A stretch of DNA of 64,000 nucleotides from Nibricoccus sp. Lineage in GTDB: Bacteria > Verrucomicrobiota > Verrucomicrobiia > Opitutales > Opitutaceae. Numbering within the stretch: position 1 is the stretch's first letter; every line of letters begins with the position of its first letter. The stretch is from assembly GCA_047602425.1 (NCBI GenBank), contig JASGHG010000001.1:352001-416000 (forward strand). Reading direction: 5' to 3'. The notes under the pieces were generated by a model that was not told where the DNA came from, searched no databases, and saw only the letters and a list, made by a program, of their open reading frames with translations. A program made the position numbers and the translations under genes. Below are positions 9,706 through 19,385 of the stretch, piece by piece.

Positions 9706-11487
9706 TCACGGTTCGATTTCGGAAACCTGTTCGATTGCTGTCAGGAACGCACTGACTTCGGGTGCAATTTCATCTAGTGTCATTTCTGCAGCTAACGCAG
9801 CAGCCGAAATAGAGCAGTTGAATTTTTCCGAGGTCCACCGGGAAAGCGCAGCGATCAATTCCGAACCGCAAACACGGTCTACTGCTCTCCCCTCCGACCA
9901 CTCTCGGTCAATGTACTTCACTGCGGTCGTTGCTGCGAGCCCTGCATTGAATTTTTCGCGATCCCACTTTTTGGCTTCTGCCATGTGAGCCTCAACAGTC
10001 GCTTCCTCAGTGGCCCGACGTAAGTCATCGCACGCTTTTCGAATAGCTTCTTCGACTGCCTCGATAGTAACGGCCTTACCAGATTTCCTTTCGATGAGTC
10101 GTTGGATCGTAGACGGCACAACTAAATAATTTTCGATCTCTTTCCGTCTCCAAATATGCAAGCAAACTCCGGAGTCCTTTGCCTCGTCGTATCGCGCATC
10201 GATTTCTTTTCCCGAATGAAAATCAGAGTCGAGAAGACAGTATATCTTGATCGTTCGATCCGTTACCTTGCGCATCATCATGCCAACACCTTTCGCAGAC
10301 GACCAACCTGTCCATCCGCCAACGGACATCCGTGGCAACCCACCGATTGGGCAATGTGAATGCGGGAAAAGTGTGTCGTGCCAACGACGAAGATACTGCT
10401 CATCCTGCCCTTCAAGCATAAGGAAAAGGCGAGAAGAGGAAAGCCGCGCCAAAGAGATATTGTGAATACTTCCGAGCAGCTCTACAACCTGCTGCAGTCC
10501 CGGAAGTGTATCAGCAAATGGGGACTGCCGCTCTCTACGATCAACGAGGAGCACATCACTAGGTTCAACCTCCGCCATAATTTCGGTGGAATGTGTAGCC
10601 ACTAGTAGTTGTCTCCCAGCTTGCGACTTTAGGTTACGAATTAAACGGCGTTGCACGTCGGGATGCATGTACACGTCCGGTTCGTCGAGAACGATACATT
10701 CCGCCTCCGCATTTCGCGCGAGAAACCAAGCCATCTGTAGCCAGACCTGTAGTCCGTGCCCCATGCAATCAATCTCGTCCGAAAAATCGTTGTCGCGGAC
10801 GATCAGAGAGATTTTTGACTTTGAGGGGTTTAACGTAGAGCGATCTTTCTCAAGAGCGATAATCTGCAGTGATGGCCACCCAAGTTCAGCTATCCTTTTG
10901 AATTCTCCAAAACTTTCATCGTAAAGTAGACTCAGTTGGTTCCTAAAGTGCAGCGAAGATCGATTGGTATCGATGCAGTTTCGAACGTACTGTTCATCTA
11001 ACTCTCGAGTTTCGGATCTTAACGGGCCAATCGAGCCCATAGTGCTAACTAACGGCAGCACTAGCTTCCGTAGCTGGCTATTACGCTGCACCAATTTTTT
11101 CGAGCTGTCCCTAAGCAAAGCATGCATTTCAATTTCTCCACGGTGGTCGCCCAAATAGATGGTCACGGAAGTTCCTGTCGTAAACTTCGCCGTGAGGACT
11201 GCTGGCGCTTCACGCCGCTGGAAATGTAGCGGACCACCATTCAACTGGAACCCTGTAAGTGATGGCGAGATTCCTACTCCAATCAGAGGAATATTGTCCA
11301 ACCACGGCGGAGCATCTCGCAAATTTTGGTTTCGATATTTTCGTGTCACCAAACTAACCAACCTCAATGCTTCGACTATCGTCGATTTACCGGCGTTATT
11401 CCGGCCTACGACAATCGTCCGGTTTCGAAAAGGAACAATATGATCCTCGAACCCTCGAAAATTCTGGAGGCGGAGCGACTCGATCAT
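9706..11487 (-). CDS. OLD-like ABC-ATPase/TOPRIM ATP-dependent nuclease
   Basis: LQNFRGF, Walker A GRNNAGKS, signature MGHG, Walker B VLDEPD, ATHS; TOPRIM LEGQDE...LDSD...KEIENY. Confidence 0.82.
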   Translation of the reverse strand: MIESLRLQNFRGFEDHIVPFRNRTIVVGRNNAGKSTIVEALRLVSLVTRKYRNQNLRDAPPWLDNIPLIGVGISPSLTGFQLNGGPLHFQRREAPAVLTAKFTTGTSVTIYLGDHRGEIEMHALLRDSSKKLVQRNSQLRKLVLPLVSTMGSIGPLRSETRELDEQYVRNCIDTNRSSLHFRNQLSLLYDESFGEFKRIAELGWPSLQIIALEKDRSTLNPSKSKISLIVRDNDFSDEIDCMGHGLQVWLQMAWFLARNAEAECIVLDEPDVYMHPDVQRRLIRNLKSQAGRQLLVATHSTEIMAEVEPSDVLLVDRRERQSPFADTLPGLQQVVELLGSIHNISLARLSSSRLFLMLEGQDEQYLRRWHDTLFPHSHCPIGGLPRMSVGGWTGWSSAKGVGMMMRKVTDRTIKIYCLLDSDFHSGKEIDARYDEAKDSGVCLHIWRRKEIENYLVVPSTIQRLIERKSGKAVTIEAVEEAIRKACDDLRRATEEATVEAHMAEAKKWDREKFNAGLAATTAVKYIDREWSEGRAVDRVCGSELIAALSRWTSEKFNCSISAAALAAEMTLDEIAPEVSAFLTAIEQVSEIEP

Positions 11488-11609
11488 CAGTTATCGATGG
11501 AATGTGGAAGCCGTGAAAAAACGCAATGTCGCTTTGTCAAAATTCAGGAGTAAGGGTTAACAAAATGATACTAGATATCGCCTCCTGATGAAATGCCATC
11601 ACACCGCCT

Positions 11610-12320
11610 ATGACCCCACCCTCCCCTCCGCCTGACTATCCACGCGTCAAGCGGGTGCAGAGTTTTCATGAGCTGGTCACCACGCGGTTCGCGGATGGCG
11701 TCAATGCCCTTTGCTGGGCGCGCACGTTACCGGGCAATTTCGGCGAGGTCCTGCAACATCTGGACGACACCGAGGCCATCGTCACGCTCGACGAGGCACG
11801 GCTTTTAGCTCTTCCCGTGAGTTCGTCCGGACGGGTAGCCATCGATATTCTCCTCGCCGACCTACGGCGGCTCCGCGAGTACGACCTCGCTCCCGTGCTC
11901 AACTGCATCAACGCCTACCCACGCGACGAACAGCCGGGGCCTGTGCGCACGGACGTGTTTTCCTACCACGCCGACAGCGCCACGACCGAGGCCGACACGT
12001 ACCTTTGCACGTACCACGGGCCGTCGAGCGAAGGCCTGCGCAACGAAGAAGCGCGACGCCGCGTGGACATCCCCGAAACGCGCGCCGAACTCCTCAAACT
12101 CCACGGCGGAGAAGACGACGATGACTTCCGCGCCTTCCTGAAAGAAAACTGCTACGATCTGCACTACGCCCCGCTTCCGTCGGCCCAGCCATATTCCTTT
12201 GGCCTCGGCAACCTCTGGCGCATCGCCTGCGAATATCCCGGCAGCCCCGTCCCGCCCTGCATCCACCGCGCTCCCGAAACCATTCACAACCGGCAACGAC
12301 GGCTGCTGCTCATCAGTTAG
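11610..12320 (+). CDS. DUF1826-like protein (double-stranded beta-helix / 2OG-Fe(II)-like His-x-Asp...His)
   Basis: SYHADS, LCTYHG, IHRAP, RRLLLIS match the DUF1826 motif pattern as recalled. Confidence 0.6.
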   Translation: MTPPSPPPDYPRVKRVQSFHELVTTRFADGVNALCWARTLPGNFGEVLQHLDDTEAIVTLDEARLLALPVSSSGRVAIDILLADLRRLREYDLAPVLNCINAYPRDEQPGPVRTDVFSYHADSATTEADTYLCTYHGPSSEGLRNEEARRRVDIPETRAELLKLHGGEDDDDFRAFLKENCYDLHYAPLPSAQPYSFGLGNLWRIACEYPGSPVPPCIHRAPETIHNRQRRLLLIS

Positions 12321-12359
12321 GGCAACTCCGTTGTGCATTTCCGTTGGAATTAGCGTCCC

Positions 12360-12499
12360 TCAGCGTTCATTAGCGGTCCCTAAAAGATCGTCTTACTCGA
12401 ACCAGCGCGCCGGGACGGCCCGCTCCACCTTACAATCAGTGCCAACAAGCGCTAATCAGTGGTTCCCCCTCTCCGTTTCCTCCGTTACCTCCTGTAAAA
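12360..12499. repeat. Cluster of REP-like intergenic repeat fragments
   Basis: GCGTTCATTAGCGGT, GGGACGGCCCGCTCCACC, AATCAGTG x2; CTCCGTTTCCTCCGTTACCTCCTGTAAAA (12471-12499) resembles the element at 13654-13737. Confidence 0.55.
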
Positions 12500-12674
12500 T
12501 GGTTCGATATGTTCGATTGATCGCTGAGTCCGCAAACGCCCTTTCCCGTCCCCTCCAATGCAAGCCAAAGTTATTCACCGGCGGCCCACAACTTACTCAC
12601 TTAGCGTTGTCGGTGAACAAGTTGTGAGGAAGAAATCCTTTCTTTTTCGAGGCAAATCGCGGATACTCATTCCC

Positions 12675-13551
12675 GTTCCTTGATAGAACAGCCGCAAGCG
12701 CGGCGGACCTGAAAAACCCGCCGATGGCACGACTGGGATAATCCCGGGCAACCGGGGAAAAGAGCGTCGAAGCTGGTTCGGCCCTCTCCTCCGCAGGCGA
12801 GTGATCGCCGCGAGAAGGCATATATCACCAGCTCCTCTGGTCGGGGTCGTGCCCGCACCAGTTAACAACACGAATCAGGAGCTGAGCGGCGAGCCGCGAA
12901 CTAAGAAACCGCGTGCGAGTCGAGTCAGGTTCGGAGACCGTTTCGATCTCCGCACTGATACCGTCACCCAGAGGGTTATGGCTGCTACGGTAGCACCAGC
13001 ACGCGATGGCGTTTCCCGGCGGGACCACCCCGCCAAAAGGCCCCGGTCTCTCGCAGGATCGGGGCGCGCAAAGGAAACGAAATCGCGGGGAATGAGCGAA
13101 CCTGGCAAAGTTCGTAAACGTTCCTGATTGGGGCGGCGTGAAAAACCACGTCACCCAACTGCAAAACGAAAAAGCAGCCTGAGAGTTAAGAGGTCAGACC
13201 CGTCCCGCGAGGCCAACGTACAGCCAAAAACTGCAGCCGTCCTCGTGGAATCGGTGCCGACGCGAAAGTAACCATTGCAGGCGTGTCAGCACCCTGTCCG
13301 GCGCGCGGCTCTCGGCAGAGAGCTTCCGAACCGGGCAAAGAGGCCTCACTCGAAAAACAGCGGCCGGCAACGGCCGATGCGGTCCCGCCATGAGACCGAA
13401 ACCTTCGCACTGCCGCGAAGAGTGGCGTCGGGGAACTTGCGGCCCGCGAAAGCGAGGCGCCCAACGCAAGTGCACGGGAAAGAGAGCGTGGCGAGCTCCA
13501 ACCCCCAATTAGGGCCCGCAGGACTTCGGTTCTGCGGGCCTTATTGTTTTT
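12675..13551 (+). ncRNA. Large (~880 nt) highly structured non-coding RNA, candidate MISL-class motif
   Basis: Near-continuous hairpins with GCAA, GUGA, GAAA, c(UACG)g and c(UUCG)g loops; nested long-range helices; A-rich linkers; 3' intrinsic terminator; no credible ORF. The MISL assignment rests on size, architecture and inferred phylum, not on a search. Confidence 0.78.
13510..13551 (+). terminator. Intrinsic terminator closing the large RNA
   Basis: AGGGCCCGCAGGAC-TTCG-GTTCTGCGGGCCTT then ATTGTTTTT. Confidence 0.85.
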
Positions 13552-13653
13552 AGACATAAACAAGTGGTTCGGCGAGGCCCTCGCTTCCACTCCTTCATCT
13601 TTATCGTTCTCTTTATCTTTCCCCCAATCGCAACTCTCCTAAAAGCCAAAACC

Positions 13654-13737
13654 TTTTTACAGAAGGAAACAGAGACAACAGAGCAATCCATCCGAAATTC
13701 CGACTCCTCCGTTTCCTCGGTTTCCCTTCCGTTCAAA
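13654..13737. repeat. REP/MITE-like imperfect inverted repeat
   Basis: TTTTTACAGAAGGAAACAGAGACAACAGAG ... CTCCGTTTCCTCGGTTTCCCTTCCGTTCAAA; related to 12471-12499. Confidence 0.6.
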
Positions 13738-13930
13738 CCGGGGCCGCCGCTTCATCCCGCCAAATAGCCTGTTTGCCCGCAAGTGGACCCTTTCTCTACC
13801 CAAAAATCTCCTCGCGACGCGGAACGGGGCTTTTATGTTTAGGTCTCATTGCAAGGGCGTGTAACAATCCCTAGGCGAACTTGGTCTGGGGGAGTTATCG
13901 CCCGGTCAGCCTAACTACACAACGAACACT

Positions 13931-14630
13931 ATGAAACTCCCCTCGCTTACTCTTCGCATCAGCGCTTTGCTGGCTCTGCCTTGGCCTTCCGCTGATTGCT
14001 CAAGCCCGCTCCGGCATCATTCCGTCACCCCGCGGCAGCGAAACCGAATTCCACGTCGAGGTCGGTTTAACTTATGTCTCAGGCGTGGATAATGTTATCG
14101 ATCAGTTGAAAACAAACTACCGTTTCGAAGACGACGGATCCTTTCCCGTCGGCCTGAAGATCAGCGGTTACGCCAAACTCGCCAATGGTTTCGCCTTCGG
14201 CGGCGGCATCGGACCCAGCCAGTATTTCCGCGTTCGCACCGGCCATCCCCGCGGTTATTATTACTACGATGGTTATTACTACGACGGATATTATTACCAA
14301 GGCGGCTACTACTATTACGATGATTACGAAACCAGTTACATCGTTCCGATATTCGCCGACGTCCGCTATTACTTTCCTAAAAACGACATCCTGACGCCGT
14401 ACGTTCGCGCTGGCATCGCTTATCCGATTTCCGGTGGCGATCATCTTAACGGCGGCGTGCCCGGCGCCATCGGTGCGGTCGGCGCCAGCTTCCTCGAAAC
14501 CCGTTATTTTTCGATGGGCGTGGAACTCGGTTTCGACTCTTCCCGCGTGGAAGTGAAGTCCGGCCCCTTCCATCCCAAGGAAAAAGTTCGCCCTACCGAG
14601 TGGACGCTCGGCGTCTTCGCGACGTTCTGA
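13931..14630 (+). CDS. Small outer-membrane beta-barrel protein with Tyr-repeat loop; apparent +1 frameshift in the signal peptide (~13979)
   Basis: ATG 13931 MKLPSLTLRISALLAL joins LGLPLIAQA.RSGIIPSPRGSETEFHVEVGLTYVSGVDNV after removing one base; VPIFADVRYYF, PYVRAGIAY; C-terminal LGVFATF (BAM-type terminal Phe). Confidence 0.78.
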
Positions 14631-14646
14631 AAAATCTCCTAACCAC

Positions 14647-14680
14647 AGCCCGGCCGCGTGTTGCGCAGCCGGGCTTTTTT
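14647..14680 (+). terminator. Intrinsic terminator after the OMP gene
   Basis: AGCCCGGC...GCCGGGCT followed by a T run. Confidence 0.75.
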
Positions 14681-14793
14681 ATTTCCTTACGCCAAAGTGA
14701 CGTTCCTGCGGCATTCCCGCCTTCGGCCTTGCCAAGCAGGCCGGCCCCACGCACGTTCTACCCTTTTTCCGAAATCGAAAGCTCGTCCGAGAT

Positions 14794-16626
14794 ATGAACC
14801 AGAACATCCGTAACATCGCCATCATTGCCCACGTCGACCATGGCAAGACCACGCTCGTCGACCAACTTCTCAAAGAAGGCGGCGTCTTCCGCGCCAACCA
14901 ACAGGTCGCCGAACGCGCCATGGATTCCATGGATCTCGAACGCGAAAAGGGCATCACGATCAAAGCCAAGAACACGTCGGTTCACTGGAAGGACAAAATC
15001 ATCAACATCGTCGACACCCCAGGACACGCGGACTTCGGCGGCGAAGTCGAACGCGCCCTACGCATGGTCGATGGTGTGCTCCTCGTAGTTGACGCTTATG
15101 ACGGTCCTCAGGCCCAGACTCGTTTCGTGCTCCGCAAGGCTCTCGCGCATGGCCTCAAGGTCGTGATCGTCATCAACAAGATTGATCGCGAAAACGCCGA
15201 CCCGAAGAAGATGTACGAAAAGGTCCTCGAACTCCTTCTCGAACTCAACGCCACCGAGGAACAGTTCGACGCCCCGGTCGTTTACGGTTCCGGCCGCGAC
15301 GGCTACATGATGCGCAAGCTCGACGATGAAAAGAAAAACATGGCACCACTCTTCGAGTGCATCCTCGAGCACGTTCCGCCTCCGTTCGCCCGCCCGAACC
15401 AGCCGTTCCACATGCTGGTGTCCAACATCGACTGGAGCGACTACGTCGGCCGTATCGCCATCGGCAAGGTCCTTGGCGGTAAAGCCCGGTTGGGCGATCC
15501 CGTATTCGTTATCCGCCATTCGGACGGCAAACGCGCCCGCGCCAAGATCACCCAGGTTTTCGAATACTCCGGCCTCGGCACCGTCGGTTCCGAAGTCGCT
15601 GACGCCGGCCACATCGTCGGCCTCGCCGGCTTCGAGGATATCGACATCGGCGACACCATTGCCGCCAACGAAGACGCCCACGCGCTGCCCTTCACCCAAA
15701 TCGACCCGCCGACGCTCGAAATGCAGTTCTGCGTCAACGACGGTCCGCTCGTCGGCCAGGAAGGCAAGCTCGTCACCTCACGCCAGCTTCGCGAACGTCT
15801 GATGCGCGAACTGAAGACCAACGTTTCCATTCACATTGAAGACTCCGACAAAGCCGGCGTCTTCAACGTCAAGGCCCGCGGCGCCATGCAGGTTGCCGTG
15901 CTCGTCGAAACGATGCGTCGCGAAGGATTCGAACTCCTCGTCTCCCGCCCGACCGTCATCGAAAAGAAGGGCCCCAATGGCGAACGTCTCGAACCCTACG
16001 AAACCGTCTGGATCGAAATTCCCGACGAATGCGTCGGCGCCATCATGCAGAATCTGGCCAACCGCAAAGGCCAGATGACGAACATGGAAAAGCTCCCGCA
16101 CTCGACCATGATCGAGGCCACGATCACCACCCGCGGTTTGATCGGCATGGAAATCGACGTCGTCAATGCCACCAGCGGCCGCGGCGTGCTCAGCCATCTC
16201 TTTAAAGAATACGGCCCCTACGCTGGCGAAGTCCTCACCCGCATCACCGGCACCCTCATCGCCACCGACGCTGGCGAAACCACGGCTTACGCCTTGGTGA
16301 TGGTTCAGGAACGCGGCAAGCTCTTCGTCAGCCCGGGCGAACAGGTCTACGAAGGCATGATCGTTGGCGAAAATCCGCGTAACGAAGACATCGCCTGCAA
16401 TGCCGTCCGCGAAAAGAAGCTGACCAACTTCCGCTCTCAAGGCGAAGGTGTTGCCGCGAGCCTCACGCCCGCGACGAAGCTCTCGCTCGAACGCGCGATC
16501 GAGTACATTGCCTCCGACGAATTCGTCGAGGTCACTCCGAAAAATCTCCGTCTGCGCAAGCGCATCCTCGACAATGGCGCCCGCCAAAAGGCGATGAAGT
16601 CGCTCAAAGCCCAAGCCGCCGAGTAA
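14794..16626 (+). CDS. typA: Translational GTPase TypA/BipA
   Basis: [37 protein letters not shown]-terminal [14 protein letters not shown]. Confidence 0.96.
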   Translation: MNQNIRNIAIIAHVDHGKTTLVDQLLKEGGVFRANQQVAERAMDSMDLEREKGITIKAKNTSVHWKDKIINIVDTPGHADFGGEVERALRMVDGVLLVVDAYDGPQAQTRFVLRKALAHGLKVVIVINKIDRENADPKKMYEKVLELLLELNATEEQFDAPVVYGSGRDGYMMRKLDDEKKNMAPLFECILEHVPPPFARPNQPFHMLVSNIDWSDYVGRIAIGKVLGGKARLGDPVFVIRHSDGKRARAKITQVFEYSGLGTVGSEVADAGHIVGLAGFEDIDIGDTIAANEDAHALPFTQIDPPTLEMQFCVNDGPLVGQEGKLVTSRQLRERLMRELKTNVSIHIEDSDKAGVFNVKARGAMQVAVLVETMRREGFELLVSRPTVIEKKGPNGERLEPYETVWIEIPDECVGAIMQNLANRKGQMTNMEKLPHSTMIEATITTRGLIGMEIDVVNATSGRGVLSHLFKEYGPYAGEVLTRITGTLIATDAGETTAYALVMVQERGKLFVSPGEQVYEGMIVGENPRNEDIACNAVREKKLTNFRSQGEGVAASLTPATKLSLERAIEYIASDEFVEVTPKNLRLRKRILDNGARQKAMKSLKAQAAE

Positions 16627-16663
16627 TTGTAGCCGCGGCCTTAAGCCGCGATTCACCTCTTCC

Positions 16664-16693
16664 AAGCCCGCACTGCAACGTGCGGGCTTTTTT
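16664..16693 (+). terminator. Intrinsic terminator after typA
   Basis: AAGCCCGCAC-TGCAAC-GTGCGGGCTT plus TTTT. Confidence 0.8.
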
Positions 16694-16758
16694 GTTCGTG
16701 TCGTTGACCAGCGAGCAAAACAACTCGAATCGCCCAAACATTCCGACAATATGCCGGC

Positions 16759-19344
16759 ATGCGTACCCTTATCGCTCCCCTGACGGTCTGTGTCGTTGCC
16801 CTTGCGTCCGCTCTTTTCGGCCAAGCCGAACCAGCCGCTCCCTACCTTGACATCTCGCTTCCCGTAGAAACTCGCGTCGCCGACCTTGTCTCACGTCTGA
16901 CGCTCGAGGAAAAGGCCGCGCTCATGATGAACGGTTCGCCCGGCGTCGCGCGCCTCGGCATTCCGAAATACGATTGGTGGAACGAGGCGCTTCACGGCGT
17001 GGCTCGCGCCGGCGAGGCCACTGTTTTTCCCCAAGCCATCGCCCTCGCCGCCATGTGGGACGAGCCATTTATGCAAACGGTCGCCGACGCGATCAGCACC
17101 GAGGCTCGCGCGAAGTATCACGACGCGATTCGACAGGGCAAACATGCACAGTACTACGGGCTCACCTTCTGGACTCCCAATATTAACATTTTCCGCGATC
17201 CGCGCTGGGGCCGGGGCCAGGAGACCTACGGCGAAGATCCTTTTCTTACCGCACGTCTCGGCGTCGCTTTTGTGCGTGGCCTTCAGGGCAACGACCCCCG
17301 CTATCTCAAGACCGCTGCCTGTGCCAAACACTTTGCCATCCACAGCGGTCCGGAATCGTTGCGCCACAATTTCGACGTGTCGCCCAGTCAGGTCGATTTC
17401 CACGATACCTATCTGCCGGCTTTCGAGGCGCTCGTGCGCGAAGCCCGCGTCGAATCCGTGATGACCGCCTACAACGCCGTCTATGGTTATCCCGCCGCGA
17501 TCAGCCCGGTGCTTTACGACATTTTGTATAATCAGTGGCATTTCGATGGCCACGTCGTTTCCGATTGCGGTGCAATCTATGACCTCTCGCGCACCTATAA
17601 AGTCGCGCGCAACGACGCCGAGGCTGAAGCCTTGTCGATCAAGGCTGGTTTGTGTCTGCGTTGCGGCGAAGACAAGCCGGCACTCGCCGAGGGCGTGAAA
17701 AGCGGTTTCATCGCCGAAGCCGATGTGGACCGTCGCCTCGGCCAGCTCCTCCGCACCATGTTCCGCCTCGGCTTCTTCGATCCCGCCGAAAAAGTCGCGT
17801 ATTCAAAAATCCCCTTCAGCGAAAACAACTCCCCCGCCCACGCCGCGCTCGCTCTCGAAGCCGCGCAAAAATCCATCGTCCTGCTCAAAAACGATGGAAC
17901 CCTTCCACTTCGTGCCGAGAAGTTGAAACGGGTCGCCGTCATCGGTCCTAACGCGGCCTCCCTTGCCGCCCTCCTTGGCAACTACAATGGCACGCCTTCC
18001 GCGCCGGTGACTATTCTCGACGGATTCAAATCTGCGGTGGGCAACCAAATCGCCATCGACCACGTCGAGGGCTGTGACTATGTGGCCAGCGATTCCAAAA
18101 TGGTCGCCATTCCGCGCACCTATTTGAGCGCGGGCGAGTACACCGGCCTCAATGGCGAATATTTTCCCAATGCCACGTTTTCCGGCGAGCCGGTCAAACG
18201 CCGTCGCGATCGCCCGGTGGAATTCGATTGGAGCAAAAAGCCGCTTCCCGAAAACATGCCCGCCGAAAATTTCTCCGTGCGCTGGCAGGGCTGGTTGTTG
18301 ACCGGCATTGAAGGTGACTACCAGCTCTCTCTCGAATCAAGTGGCGGCATCCGTTTGTACCTCGGCGAAAAACTGCTGATCGACGATTGGACGCCTGGCA
18401 CAAAAACCAAAACCATCACACAGAACCTGCAAAGTCAGGCGCGCCTGCCGATCCGCGTCGAGTATTTCCACACAGCCGGTCCCGCGCACGTCGCGCTCAA
18501 GTGGCGCGTGCCTGCAGCCACTTCCGGTTTTGCCACCGCCCTGGCCAAGGCCCGCGCCGCCGACGCGATCGTTTTTGTCGGTGGCATCACCGCCCAACTC
18601 GAGGGCGAGGAAATGCAGGTCGATTTCGACGGTTTCGCCGGCGGTGATCGCACCAAGATCGAACTCCCGGCCATTCAGCAGCACTTACTCAAGGAACTAA
18701 AAGCCACCGGCAAACCCATTGCGCTCGTGCTCATGTCGGGCAGCGCCGTTGCGCTTCCTTGGGAACATCAAAACCTCAACGCCATTCTCCAAGCCTGGTA
18801 TCCAGGACAAGCGGGCGGCACCGCCGTCGCCGATGTTCTTTTCGGAAAAACCAATCCCGCCGGCCGTCTCCCCCTCACTTTCTACCGCGCCACCACCGAC
18901 CTGCCTCCTTTCGAAAACTACGACATGGCGGGTCGAACCTATCGTTATTTCAAAGGCCAGCCGCTTTACGCTTTTGGTCACGGGCTCAGTTACACGCGCT
19001 TTGATTACAAAAATCTGCGAGTCGTCAAAACCGCCAATCCCGGCGAACTTTCCGCAACCATCGAGATCGCCAACACCGGCGAGCGCGACGGCGACGAGGT
19101 TGTACAATTCTACGCCCAGGAACCCGCCTCCGCCAAAGCGCCTGCCCTGCGGTCCCTCTGCGGCTTCAAACGCATAACTTTGAAGCGGGGCGAAACCAAA
19201 ACGGTCACGGTCACCCTTCCCGCCACTGCGCTGCGCCGCTGGGATACCGCGAAGAACACTTACGTCATTCACCCGGGCGAATGGAACATCCTGGCCGGGG
19301 CTTCCTCGGCTGACATTCGCGAAACGGTCAAGATCGGCCTGTAA
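16759..19344 (+). CDS. Secreted GH3 beta-xylosidase/beta-glucosidase with PA14 and Fn3-like domains
   Basis: WWNEALHG, WTPNINIFRDPRWGRGQETYGEDP, KHF, VSDCGA nucleophile, PA14-like insert (NFSVRWQG), WYPGQAGG. Confidence 0.92.
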   Translation: MRTLIAPLTVCVVALASALFGQAEPAAPYLDISLPVETRVADLVSRLTLEEKAALMMNGSPGVARLGIPKYDWWNEALHGVARAGEATVFPQAIALAAMWDEPFMQTVADAISTEARAKYHDAIRQGKHAQYYGLTFWTPNINIFRDPRWGRGQETYGEDPFLTARLGVAFVRGLQGNDPRYLKTAACAKHFAIHSGPESLRHNFDVSPSQVDFHDTYLPAFEALVREARVESVMTAYNAVYGYPAAISPVLYDILYNQWHFDGHVVSDCGAIYDLSRTYKVARNDAEAEALSIKAGLCLRCGEDKPALAEGVKSGFIAEADVDRRLGQLLRTMFRLGFFDPAEKVAYSKIPFSENNSPAHAALALEAAQKSIVLLKNDGTLPLRAEKLKRVAVIGPNAASLAALLGNYNGTPSAPVTILDGFKSAVGNQIAIDHVEGCDYVASDSKMVAIPRTYLSAGEYTGLNGEYFPNATFSGEPVKRRRDRPVEFDWSKKPLPENMPAENFSVRWQGWLLTGIEGDYQLSLESSGGIRLYLGEKLLIDDWTPGTKTKTITQNLQSQARLPIRVEYFHTAGPAHVALKWRVPAATSGFATALAKARAADAIVFVGGITAQLEGEEMQVDFDGFAGGDRTKIELPAIQQHLLKELKATGKPIALVLMSGSAVALPWEHQNLNAILQAWYPGQAGGTAVADVLFGKTNPAGRLPLTFYRATTDLPPFENYDMAGRTYRYFKGQPLYAFGHGLSYTRFDYKNLRVVKTANPGELSATIEIANTGERDGDEVVQFYAQEPASAKAPALRSLCGFKRITLKRGETKTVTVTLPATALRRWDTAKNTYVIHPGEWNILAGASSADIRETVKIGL

Positions 19345-19385
19345 TCTCTTCCGCACTTCTGCCGTAAACGGCGGTCCATGTTTCC

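Noticed and set aside
12418..12427. GCCCGCTCCA as an att copy of the tRNA-Gly 3' end (similar at ~6496)
   Set aside because: Only 9-10 bp, inverted relative to the tRNA, and part of a REP-like sequence; not a direct-repeat att site
12675..13551. Group II intron, RNase P, tmRNA or rRNA fragment as the identity of the large RNA
   Set aside because: No GUGYG start or domain V, no GAGGAAAGUCC, no tRNA-like ends with tag ORF, no rRNA conserved blocks; has its own terminator and interrupts no gene
12593..13767. Several 60-134 aa ORFs across the structured region
   Set aside because: Arg/Pro/Ser-rich, mutually overlapping, no motifs or host-like codon bias; RNA structure explains the sequence better
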